Of a stretch of DNA of 64,000 bases, positions 41,780 to 50,100 are shown piece by piece. The stretch is from NCBI GenBank assembly GCA_035652355.1, contig DASRDY010000285.1, positions 24,300 through 88,299 of the forward strand, written 5' to 3'. Numbering within the stretch: position 1 is the first letter of the stretch; the number at the start of each line of letters is the position of its first letter. The notes beneath the pieces are model-generated. The model did not search any database. It had not been told where the DNA came from and saw only the letters and a program-made list of their open reading frames with translations. Both the position numbers and the translations under genes were made by a program. The stretch is from Blastocatellia bacterium (GTDB taxonomy: Bacteria > Acidobacteriota > Blastocatellia > DASRDY01).

Positions 41780-42892
41780 TCAAATAAAACGATAACGCAA
41801 ACCCGGGTTGTTACCCAACGAGTACCTGAATTCTATTTCCGTTCCTTCTTTAATCTCGCCGATCTCGAATATTGGAGTTGGAAAGGTCAGCCAGCTTTCG
41901 TTTGTTCTGAGTTCGATTGATCCAAAAACTGTTATGCTTGTCAGGATCGCGACCTTCCGGTTTCCTGAGACGTCTTCGTTAATTCGGATTACAGCCGGAG
42001 GGAACGCTGCTCCATTGCCGTTGTTCAAGAGCGTCGGCATTTGCCCGGCGATTTCTTTATTAATCTCGAACGCCTTACCAAGGCTCACGATCGATTCTTC
42101 GGGGACTATCACTTTGTCTGGATCTGTTCCCGCGTCAGGTGATATTTCAGCCAGTCCAATGTCGAGAGTCACTTTTTCCGGAATCAGAATTCCATTGGTA
42201 GCGAGTTGCGGCACAAGATTGAGAGTGATTGCAACCTGAGGTTCTTTTATCAGCGCCTTTTGCATGGTTTCCGTGACTGCAATATGGAATAGGTCGTCAT
42301 TAGGATGGCGGTACTCGGCTGCGTCACAGCGTATAAAGCCCTTTATATAAGAAGAGATTCCCAGTGCATCAGCAATTGTGCGAACGCAATCCAGAGACTT
42401 TTGATGAATGTCAAGTAACGTGAACTGCACCTCATTAGCGCTGAACTTCGTAGTGAGCGGTATCGCCAGCGTCGCATAAGGTCCGCATCCAGCGTAGAGC
42501 ACGTGGATGACACTGGACGGAAATCGCTTTTGTGCTTCGACGATTGCGTCGTGCAGACCGCGAAGATACCGAGCAGTTCTTTCGTTATGAAATATACAAC
42601 GACCAGCACCTCTCGGAGACAACGCAAGCCCGTGATCAAGATAGGTGTCGGTGACATCTTCTTCTAACTCGCTGAACGCATCCAATCCTGTAATCTCGGA
42701 AAACAGTGTGTACAGACTGCCGATAGCGCAGTTCTTATCGCCGTCGGTGCTGTCCGGATCCAAGAGCGTATCGGTGGCCGTCTTCAGGATAAGCGCGCGT
42801 TCGTCTCTGCGATTGTTTATAGCCTCGTCCTTAATCGCAGCAGCTGATTCTGAAAGAGTATCTGTTCTTTCGTGTGATTTAACTGTAGTCAT
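41780..42892 (-). CDS. Class I SAM-dependent methyltransferase-like protein (putative)
   Basis: There is a motif I-like VLYAGCGPYATLAIPL, an acidic post-I FTLLDIHQKS, and VTETMQKALIKEP, which is reminiscent of the PRMT double-E loop. The start is uncertain (ATG 42892 or TTG 42979). Confidence 0.5.
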   Translation of the reverse strand: MTTVKSHERTDTLSESAAAIKDEAINNRRDERALILKTATDTLLDPDSTDGDKNCAIGSLYTLFSEITGLDAFSELEEDVTDTYLDHGLALSPRGAGRCIFHNERTARYLRGLHDAIVEAQKRFPSSVIHVLYAGCGPYATLAIPLTTKFSANEVQFTLLDIHQKSLDCVRTIADALGISSYIKGFIRCDAAEYRHPNDDLFHIAVTETMQKALIKEPQVAITLNLVPQLATNGILIPEKVTLDIGLAEISPDAGTDPDKVIVPEESIVSLGKAFEINKEIAGQMPTLLNNGNGAAFPPAVIRINEDVSGNRKVAILTSITVFGSIELRTNESWLTFPTPIFEIGEIKEGTEIEFRYSLGNNPGLRYRFI

Positions 42893-43141
42893 CCGAATCG
42901 AGTGAACCTCAAACTTTCCGCGAGCTTTTTGAGAATCAAGTTCGATGGCAGAATATCGTCTAAGATGTCTTTTAAGCAAGCGTTGGTATCAAATAAATAT
43001 AATTCAGTTTGTTCATCTGGATAATTTTGGTTTCGCGAGACTTTGATGCCGTCGCTATTGAATTTCACGCCGCAGGCATTCATAATCCGCACGTCTGCGC
43101 AGCAAGGTACTTCAAGTTGCGCATCGCTTTTCCTAAAGCGA

Positions 43142-43660
43142 ATGATTGTATCAGCGAAAAAGGATGCAGGTTTGTCAGACAGTCTAAGTCGAATTTCGCT
43201 TCGGCGGGCTCTTGTGGAAGACGAAGAATTCCTCTTTAAAGTATATGCTGCCACCCGTCGGGAAGAGATTGCGGGGTGGGGCCTGGATGCCGCGCAACAG
43301 GAGATGTTCCTGCGAATGCAGTTTCGCGCTCAACAATTTCAATACGAAGACTACGACGACTCCGGTAAATCTATCATCATGGAGGATGATGGCCCGATCG
43401 GTCGTCTAATTGTTAGTAGAAGCGAATCGGAGATCCACCTTGTAGATATTGCGTTGCTGCCCGAGCATCGGTCCGGCGGGATCGGCACAAAGATACTAGA
43501 AGATCTTTTTAATGAAGCTAGTGAAAGAAATATCCCGTTGCGCCTTGAAGTCTCAGCAGTCAACAGGGCGGCGGGGCTGTACAAAAGGCTTGGATTCCGG
43601 ATTGTTGATGAATCCGAAACTTATTTGAGGATGGAATGGAGATCGGCTGGCCAGTCTTAA
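43142..43660 (+). CDS. GNAT-family N-acetyltransferase
   Basis: The acetyl-CoA-binding pattern is DIALLPEHRSGGIGTKIL, with YKRLGF. It is paralogous to 44088..44567 (shared FLFKVY, MQFxAQ, IGRL, DIALLP.HR.SGIG). The start is uncertain (43142 ATG, 43172 TTG; the listed 43043 is probably too long). Confidence 0.75.
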   Translation: MIVSAKKDAGLSDSLSRISLRRALVEDEEFLFKVYAATRREEIAGWGLDAAQQEMFLRMQFRAQQFQYEDYDDSGKSIIMEDDGPIGRLIVSRSESEIHLVDIALLPEHRSGGIGTKILEDLFNEASERNIPLRLEVSAVNRAAGLYKRLGFRIVDESETYLRMEWRSAGQS

Positions 43661-43761
43661 GTAGTCGCGCTGGGTGCAGGCAATTGCGTTACCGACCGAT
43701 CCCGTTAAATGGCATAAACAGATAATAATGAAGGAAGGGAAAAGACTCGTCGTCAAGATCT

Positions 43762-44073
43762 ATGCTGGAAACATGTACACACTCAACATTTAATAATCTT
43801 ACGGACCGAAAGTTTACAATTTATCACGGTTCTGACCAGCCACTCGAGACAGAGTTGATCGAGGTAGGGGATTTGGTCGAAACCAACCGTCAGGAAATGT
43901 TTGCCATTTATTTCAGAGTTCCTGATGGCGTAATACCCGCCCAGGGTTCATACAAACTGGTGAATTCAGAATTAGGAGAACTTATCCTCTTGCTGGTGCC
44001 TGTTATTCATGACGAGTCTATTATTTATGAAGCAGTCTTTAACCGCCTGAAGAAAAAAAAACCGACGGCCTAA
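43762..44073 (+). CDS. Hypothetical 103-aa protein between the two GNAT genes
   Basis: The pattern F.I....D..LE.ELIEV.......RQEMFAIYF.VP....P.QGSYKL.N..LGEL.LLLVPV......IYEAVFN recalls a DUF (possibly DUF6916). I cannot verify the accession. Confidence 0.5.
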   Translation: MLETCTHSTFNNLTDRKFTIYHGSDQPLETELIEVGDLVETNRQEMFAIYFRVPDGVIPAQGSYKLVNSELGELILLLVPVIHDESIIYEAVFNRLKKKKPTA

Positions 44074-44087
44074 AACCCCCGAATCTC

Positions 44088-44567
44088 ATGAACATAAATT
44101 ATCGCCCTGTAACCGATAATGACAAGCAGTTCCTGTTTAAGGTGTACTGCTTCAGCCGAGCCGTGGAGATGGCTCAGGTCCCCTGGAGCGACGCGCAAAA
44201 GGAAGCCTTTTTGATGATGCAGTTTCAGGCGCAGTCTAGCCATTATCAGGAGTACTACCCCAACAGTGATCATAAAATAATCCTGCTGGATGACCAGGCG
44301 ATAGGTCGTCTCTATCTTGCGTACGAGGATGATCGAATCGAAATCCTTGATATTGCCCTCTTGCCTCAGCATCGCGGATCGGGGATTGGCAAAAGAATCA
44401 TTGGTGAGCTTACCCATCAGGCGGAAACCGCTGGTCTTCCTCTGTGTATTTATGTGGAAACGTTTAATCCGTCGGTAGGGATATTTGAACGGTTGGGATT
44501 TAGCCAGAAAGAGACTGACGGGGTGAACATTCGATTCGAATGGCGGCCAACGAGCAGGCTGTTGTAA
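44088..44567 (+). CDS. GNAT-family N-acetyltransferase (paralogue)
   Basis: DIALLPQHRGSGIGKRII and FERLGF are present. Clear paralogy with 43142..43660 supports the + strand over the overlapping minus-strand 171-aa ORF. Confidence 0.8.
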   Translation: MNINYRPVTDNDKQFLFKVYCFSRAVEMAQVPWSDAQKEAFLMMQFQAQSSHYQEYYPNSDHKIILLDDQAIGRLYLAYEDDRIEILDIALLPQHRGSGIGKRIIGELTHQAETAGLPLCIYVETFNPSVGIFERLGFSQKETDGVNIRFEWRPTSRLL

Positions 44568-44935
44568 CTCGACTTGAAATCGCAACGTCCAATTTGCGAG
44601 ACGGATTTTCTCATTTTTTCTTGCTTATTAGTTTTTTCGAAGTTAGAATCGCCGGGCTCAGGTAAAGGATTCCTAAAAAGCTCAAATTATATGGGCTATC
44701 GAATAGACCGTCGGATTGTAACTTGTAATTTAGATGGCCGTATTGCGCTTGAAGGAAAGGTACGGCAGTCTGCGGGCCTGCTCTCGCTGTTTGTAACAAC
44801 ATTGTCTGGTTCAGCGATGTCACTGTTTAGGGTGGCAGTTCTAACGATCTCGTAGTCAGGCACATCTCTTAGTTGAGAGCCGTACAACTTCCGGCCGTGT
44901 AAACGATTGTTTTGAAGGTTTGCGAATCCGGCCGC

Positions 44936-44965
44936 TTGACTTGAATTAATTGGTCGTAATAGAAT
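44936..44965 (+). promoter_or_regulatory. Candidate sigma70-type promoter about 230 nt upstream of the tail-collar genes
   Basis: TTGACT (44936-41) - 18 nt - TAGAAT (44960-65) lies inside a 627-nt non-coding gap. The call rests on sequence match only. Confidence 0.3.
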
Positions 44966-45194
44966 CGCGGCGGCTTGAATTCAGTCTCAGCCCTTGTCGG
45001 CTAGAAAGTGTGGAACGCGCCGACAATGGCTTCGTCATTTAACCCTGTATTTACTTCGGATTGCCCGCGAATGATAAAAGCTGAGGAACGGCTGACTCTC
45101 TCTGATCAATTAGGAAGGGTTATTTACATTATCAGAGATGCATTCGGGCCGGAAATCTCGCGGCAATAAAATTCAAGGCGGAGGAGAATAAAAA

Positions 45195-45719
45195 ATGAGC
45201 AGTCCATACGTTGGGGAGATCAGGATGTTTGGCGGTAGCTTCGCGCCGGTCGGCTGGGCATTGTGCCAGGGCCAGACGATTCCAATTTCGCAAAATGACA
45301 CGCTCTTTAACTTGATCGGCACTACATATGGTGGTGACGGGCAGGAAACGTTTGACCTTCCAAATCTTGCCGGCAGAGTGCCCGTTCACCAGGGACAAGG
45401 TCCTGGCATAAGTCAAAATTACGTAATCGGTGAGACGGGCGGCGTCGAAGGTGTCACTTTAACAACCCAGCAAATTCCCAACCATTCACACCTTCCCGCG
45501 TGCAATAACACCAGTGCTGGTGCCACTACGAACGGTGGGGTATGGGGAACTGCGCCGACGACCGCAAACACTTTTTACGGCCCAACTCCCGCTAACGTGG
45601 CGTTCAACGCGCAGGCGATTCAACCCCAGGGCGGCAGTCAACCGCACGAGAATATGCAGCCGTTTCTGGTTGTAACCTTCATTATCTCTTTATTTGGCAT
45701 CTTTCCGACACAGAATTAA
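45195..45719 (+). CDS. Phage tail-collar domain protein (COG4675 / MdpB-like), paralogue 1
   Basis: GGAGGAG RBS. N-terminus: PYVGEIRMFGGSFAPVGWALCQGQTIPISQNDTLFNLIGTTYGGDGQETFDLPNLAGRVP. C-terminus: GGSQPHENMQPFLVVTFIISLFGIFPTQN. Confidence 0.85.
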   Translation: MSSPYVGEIRMFGGSFAPVGWALCQGQTIPISQNDTLFNLIGTTYGGDGQETFDLPNLAGRVPVHQGQGPGISQNYVIGETGGVEGVTLTTQQIPNHSHLPACNNTSAGATTNGGVWGTAPTTANTFYGPTPANVAFNAQAIQPQGGSQPHENMQPFLVVTFIISLFGIFPTQN

Positions 45720-45775
45720 CGGAGTTGTTCAGGTGCTGAGGCGTTTCACATATAGAGTGCAATAGGAGAAACCAA

Positions 45776-46270
45776 ATGGGTACACCTTTTTTGGCAGAGA
45801 TGAGATTAATAAGTTTTAACTTTGCGCCCAAAGGCTGGGCCTTGTGCAATGGGCAATTGTTGCCAATTAATCAGAACCAGGCACTGTTTTCGATCCTGGG
45901 AACAACATACGGCGGGAATGGACAGACGACTTTCGCGCTCCCGGATTGCAGGAGTCGCGTTCCGATTCATACGGGACCGCAATTTAGTACCCTGGGGGAA
46001 AGGGGAGGTGAAGAATTTCATACTGTAATCCAGTCTGAGATGCCTGCGCATCTTCATTTCGTGCAGGCCAGCACTCTGGCCGCAAACGTCGCCAGCGAGA
46101 GTTCCGCTTTCTGGAGTACCACGACTGCATATGCGGGAGCACCCAATTCCACCATGGATCCTTCCTCCATTACAAGTATCGGAGGGTCTCAGCCGCACGA
46201 GAATCGGCAGCCTTATCTGGTGCTAAACATCATTATTGCGCTTCAGGGCGTCTTCCCAAGCAGAAATTAG
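45776..46270 (+). CDS. Phage tail-collar domain protein, paralogue 2
   Basis: AGGAGA RBS. N-terminus: FAPKGWALCNGQLLPINQNQALFSILGTTYGGNGQTTFALPD. C-terminus: GGSQPHENRQPYLVLNIIIALQGVFPSRN. Confidence 0.85.
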   Translation: MGTPFLAEMRLISFNFAPKGWALCNGQLLPINQNQALFSILGTTYGGNGQTTFALPDCRSRVPIHTGPQFSTLGERGGEEFHTVIQSEMPAHLHFVQASTLAANVASESSAFWSTTTAYAGAPNSTMDPSSITSIGGSQPHENRQPYLVLNIIIALQGVFPSRN

Positions 46271-46287
46271 AGAATAAGGAGAAAAAT

Positions 46288-46821
46288 ATGTCAGCTCCGT
46301 TCGTAGCCGAAATAAAAATGTGGGCCGGAAATTTTGCGCCCACCGGATATGCCTTATGTGACGGTCAGTTATTGCCGATCAGTCAAAACACCGCTCTTTT
46401 CTCTCTGCTTGGAACCTTTTATGGCGGTGACGGCAAGAGTACTTTTGCTCTGCCGAACATGCAGGACAGCGTTCCTATAAATCAGGGGCAAAGCTCTGCC
46501 AGCGGTACGGATTATTTTATCGGAGAGCAATCAGGGGTTCCGTTTGTAACATTGATAACGACCGAGATGCCTGTACACACGCATACGGCGCAGGGCGGTT
46601 CAAGCGGTACGAGCAACAACCCGCAAAGTCTCACTTGGGGGCAAATGGCAGTTGGCCGAACCGGCACTCCGCTGTATCAAAGCGCCAATACTAATCTGAC
46701 AACAATGAACCCGCAATCCTTAGGGATCGCCGGAGGCAGTCAACCGCATAATAATATGATGCCTTTTATTGTATTGACCTTTATTATCGCGCTTCAGGGT
46801 ATCTTTCCAGCGCGATCCTAG
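46288..46821 (+). CDS. Phage tail-collar domain protein, paralogue 3
   Basis: AAGGAGA RBS. N-terminus: FAPTGYALCDGQLLPISQNTALFSLLGTFYGGDGKSTFALPN. C-terminus: GGSQPHNNMMPFIVLTFIIALQGIFPARS. Confidence 0.85.
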   Translation: MSAPFVAEIKMWAGNFAPTGYALCDGQLLPISQNTALFSLLGTFYGGDGKSTFALPNMQDSVPINQGQSSASGTDYFIGEQSGVPFVTLITTEMPVHTHTAQGGSSGTSNNPQSLTWGQMAVGRTGTPLYQSANTNLTTMNPQSLGIAGGSQPHNNMMPFIVLTFIIALQGIFPARS

Positions 46822-47162
46822 CCGATCGGCGTTACGACGGTTGGGCCATTTTGTGAGGAGGGCGGTTTTCAGTGCGAACTGTTATTTTCGTGGATAAGTC
46901 GCCGCCTGGAACGCAAACAAGCGTGCCAGGTGGCTTCAATTATCGATCCGCCCAGCTCGACTCCCCAAACATTGTTCATTTAAGTCGCTGCGATTGTGTG
47001 GATCGCCGCAAGTCAAGACGCAAACTAAAAAAGGATATTGTCGGCTCGGCCTAATGGATCGGGATTGCTCTAGTCTGGTCCGGTTCCATATCCGTTGTTC
47101 GAGCCTCTGCGGTCGGTTCTGATTGCAGGAGTCGTTCTGTTTTATCGCATGAAGGAGATCAC

Positions 47163-50100
47163 ATGAAGACATTGATTCGTCGTTTTGGATTCACCAGATT
47201 TGTTGTTCTGACGTTATGCATTACGTTCGTGTTGGTGCTGGTCAAGCGTGAATCAATGGTCCTTGCAACCAGCCTGTTTCATGCGGCGACATCGGGTCGC
47301 ACCCAAACCAAGGACAATACCCAGGCTAAAGATCACACTCAGCTTAAAGTTCTGAGTTCTGTCAAAGTTCGGCCGACATCTATAGCGAAGCCGATGATCA
47401 AGCTTCAGGACAGTCGCGAGCTTTCATCTGACAGCGCGAGCGCTGTGGGTACATCGCATCAATCACTGGCGCTTAACTCGCCCATAGCAGGCTCGCTCAG
47501 ACCTGCCGATTCGATTTATAGTTCTCTGCGGCAAGCGGGCGCACGGCCGCTCGCCCTGGCGACTGCGGATATTAATCGGGACGGATTCCCCGATCTGATT
47601 ACAGGCTACGCGACTTCCGGGGGCGGAGTATTGATGTTGCGGTGGGCCAACGAGCAGGCCTATGCTCCCAGCGATCCGGCTGTCCTCGAAGGTATTAGAC
47701 AGCGCCGGTTTCCCAATCCATTCTTTGATGATGGGGCCACGATCGAACTGCCCGAAGCTCCTGATTTTGTATTAACCGGTGATTTCAACCATGACGGCAT
47801 AGTGGATGTTGTGGTTGCCGCCAAGGGCAGCAATGCGTTCTACCTCCTTGCGGGGGATGGACTGGGCGGATTTTCCGCTCCGACGCGCAAAGAATTGCCA
47901 GGCGCGGTAACGGCAATGACTGCGGGAGAGTTCGGCGCCCAGGATGGCTCGATGGACCTTGTTATAGGCGTCAATGGCTCCGGGGGATCTTCAGTACTGA
48001 TTTTCGATAAACACGAGAGCATTATCGATTCCACTCCTGAGGTTCGCGGTATATCAGGGTCGATCACGACATTGGCGCTGGGTTCACTTGATGGCGATCA
48101 ATTCAACGATCTTGCCATACTGGCGGGAGGCAGGCTGAGTGTTCTGCACGGCCAGGATCGCCTGGAAGGAGTGGATTCAGCAGCGACAGCCAGGCTTGAG
48201 AGCATTCCGTTATCGTTTGCTCCTAAATCATTTTCGCTGGGGAATTTCATCTGGGACCGTGAGGATAAGACTGAGATAGCCGTAATGTCGGCCGATAATC
48301 AGGTTCACATTCTTGCCCGCGGCAGTCTTGACGTTCGTCCCTTTACAGAAGAGGAAGTTCTGGCGAGTCGCAAGGACAAAGAAGCAAAAACCATTGCGAT
48401 GGCGAACGGTACTTATGTCGCGCCGGTTCTGAGCCAGTCGGCGGCAAACCAAAAATGGGCAATTGCGGAAGATGTTCCGGTTGAATCGACTGGAGTCGGC
48501 AATTCCGCGCCAATCCTGCTTACCACCAGAATGTCCTCCGTTCCTGCGGATGATCTGCTGGTCAAGGTTCCTGGCGGCACCCAAATTCAGGTTATGTACA
48601 AAGACACGAATCAGTCGGTAACTCGTAGCCGCACCAGCGGACGAGTGATGACTGGTAGAACTCCCGTGACGCTTGATTCAGCCAGCGAACCAGTCGCGGT
48701 ACTGCCGATGCGGGTCAATGTCGATGGTCGACCTGGTCTGGTTGTAATGAGCCAGGGTAATGTGACCGCTTCAGTTATAATGCCTGAAGGCGGCACCACC
48801 ATCACGGTCAACTCTGCCACGGACGTTATTCACAGTCCCGGATGCGCAACGACTGGCACAGGTACTTGTTCGCTCAGGGATGCGATTATCTTCTCGAACG
48901 CCGATACGGGCGCCGCAGATACGATTGTTTTCAGCGTTGGTATTAATCCAACTTTAACCATATCCAGTGGAGGCGCGGCGGAAAACAATGCGCAATCCGG
49001 AGATTTGGACATTAATCGCAGTGTTACCATAACCGGGAATGCTCCTACGACAGTCAGTACTACGTTCGATAATACCTGCGGCGACTGCAAGGTTTTCGGA
49101 ATCGATCAGACGGGTTTATTCCCTGGCGAGACTGTAAGTATGTCTGGTCTTACGATCCAGAATGGTGTTAATCACGGAAACGCAGGTTCGATTTGCGGTA
49201 CGTTCTTCGAAACGGGCGGCGGCATTGACGTCTTTTTCAAATCCTCTGGAAATTCCTTCACGTTGACGAATTCAACAGTAACAAACAATAGAACCGACCT
49301 TTGTGTGGCTGCCGGGCAGCATAGTCACGGCGGTGGCATCAACATCGATAGCAATAATCAGGCAATTGTAGGGGGCGCCAGCGCCGGTACGGCAACATTA
49401 ACTAATGTTACAGTCAGCAATAATATCGCGGGTCTTCAGGCTGGCGGAATTGGTCTTTTAGCGGACGTCCACAACGTGAACTTGACCAACGTTACAATAA
49501 CTGGCAACCAGAGCCAGCATTCAGATGGAGGCGGAGTATTCGTTTTACACAGCTTTGGTGGAACCGATACGTTTTCCAACGGATCGGTCTCGAGTAACAC
49601 GTCAGATGGGATAGGCGGTGGAGTTGAAATTGACGGTAATCAGGTAGTCAATTTTACAGGGACGACTTTTACCAGCAATACCGCCACTGGCACCGGCGCG
49701 AGTTCATTGGGCGGTGGGCTTGCCATTACCAACATTGGAGCGGCAGGCGTTACCGGAAGCACATCATTAACGAACTGCACCATAGATAGTAACCACGCCA
49801 ACAACGGCGCAAATTCAGGTGGTGGTGGTGTCTATTTCAACGGGGGTTACTCGTTGACTATTTCCGCCTGCGATATTAAAAACAACACCGGCGGTCAGGG
49901 TGGGGGTATTTTCAACGGTGGCAGCAACAGCTCGCCTGGCAGCACTGTAACGATAAATAATCTGACACTTATACACGGCAATTCAGCCGTCACCACTGGC
50001 GGTGGCAACGGAGATGGCGGAGGTATTGCAAACGGCCAAATCGGTGGAGCTGGGACTCAGTCTGGAACCATCGTAACCAAAACTCATATATTCGGAAACA

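Noticed and set aside
42889-43254. A 121-aa minus ORF, and the long N-terminal extensions of the methyltransferase (TTG 42979) and the first GNAT (ATG 43043).
   Set aside because: Comparison with the paralogous GNAT places the real N-terminus near 43142-43172. The extensions and the 121-aa ORF occupy the divergent promoter region and have no family similarity.
44070-44585. A 171-aa minus-strand ORF covering the same DNA as the second GNAT gene.
   Set aside because: The + strand product is clearly paralogous to the GNAT at 43142..43660 and carries the acetyl-CoA-binding motif. The minus-strand product has no recognisable features.
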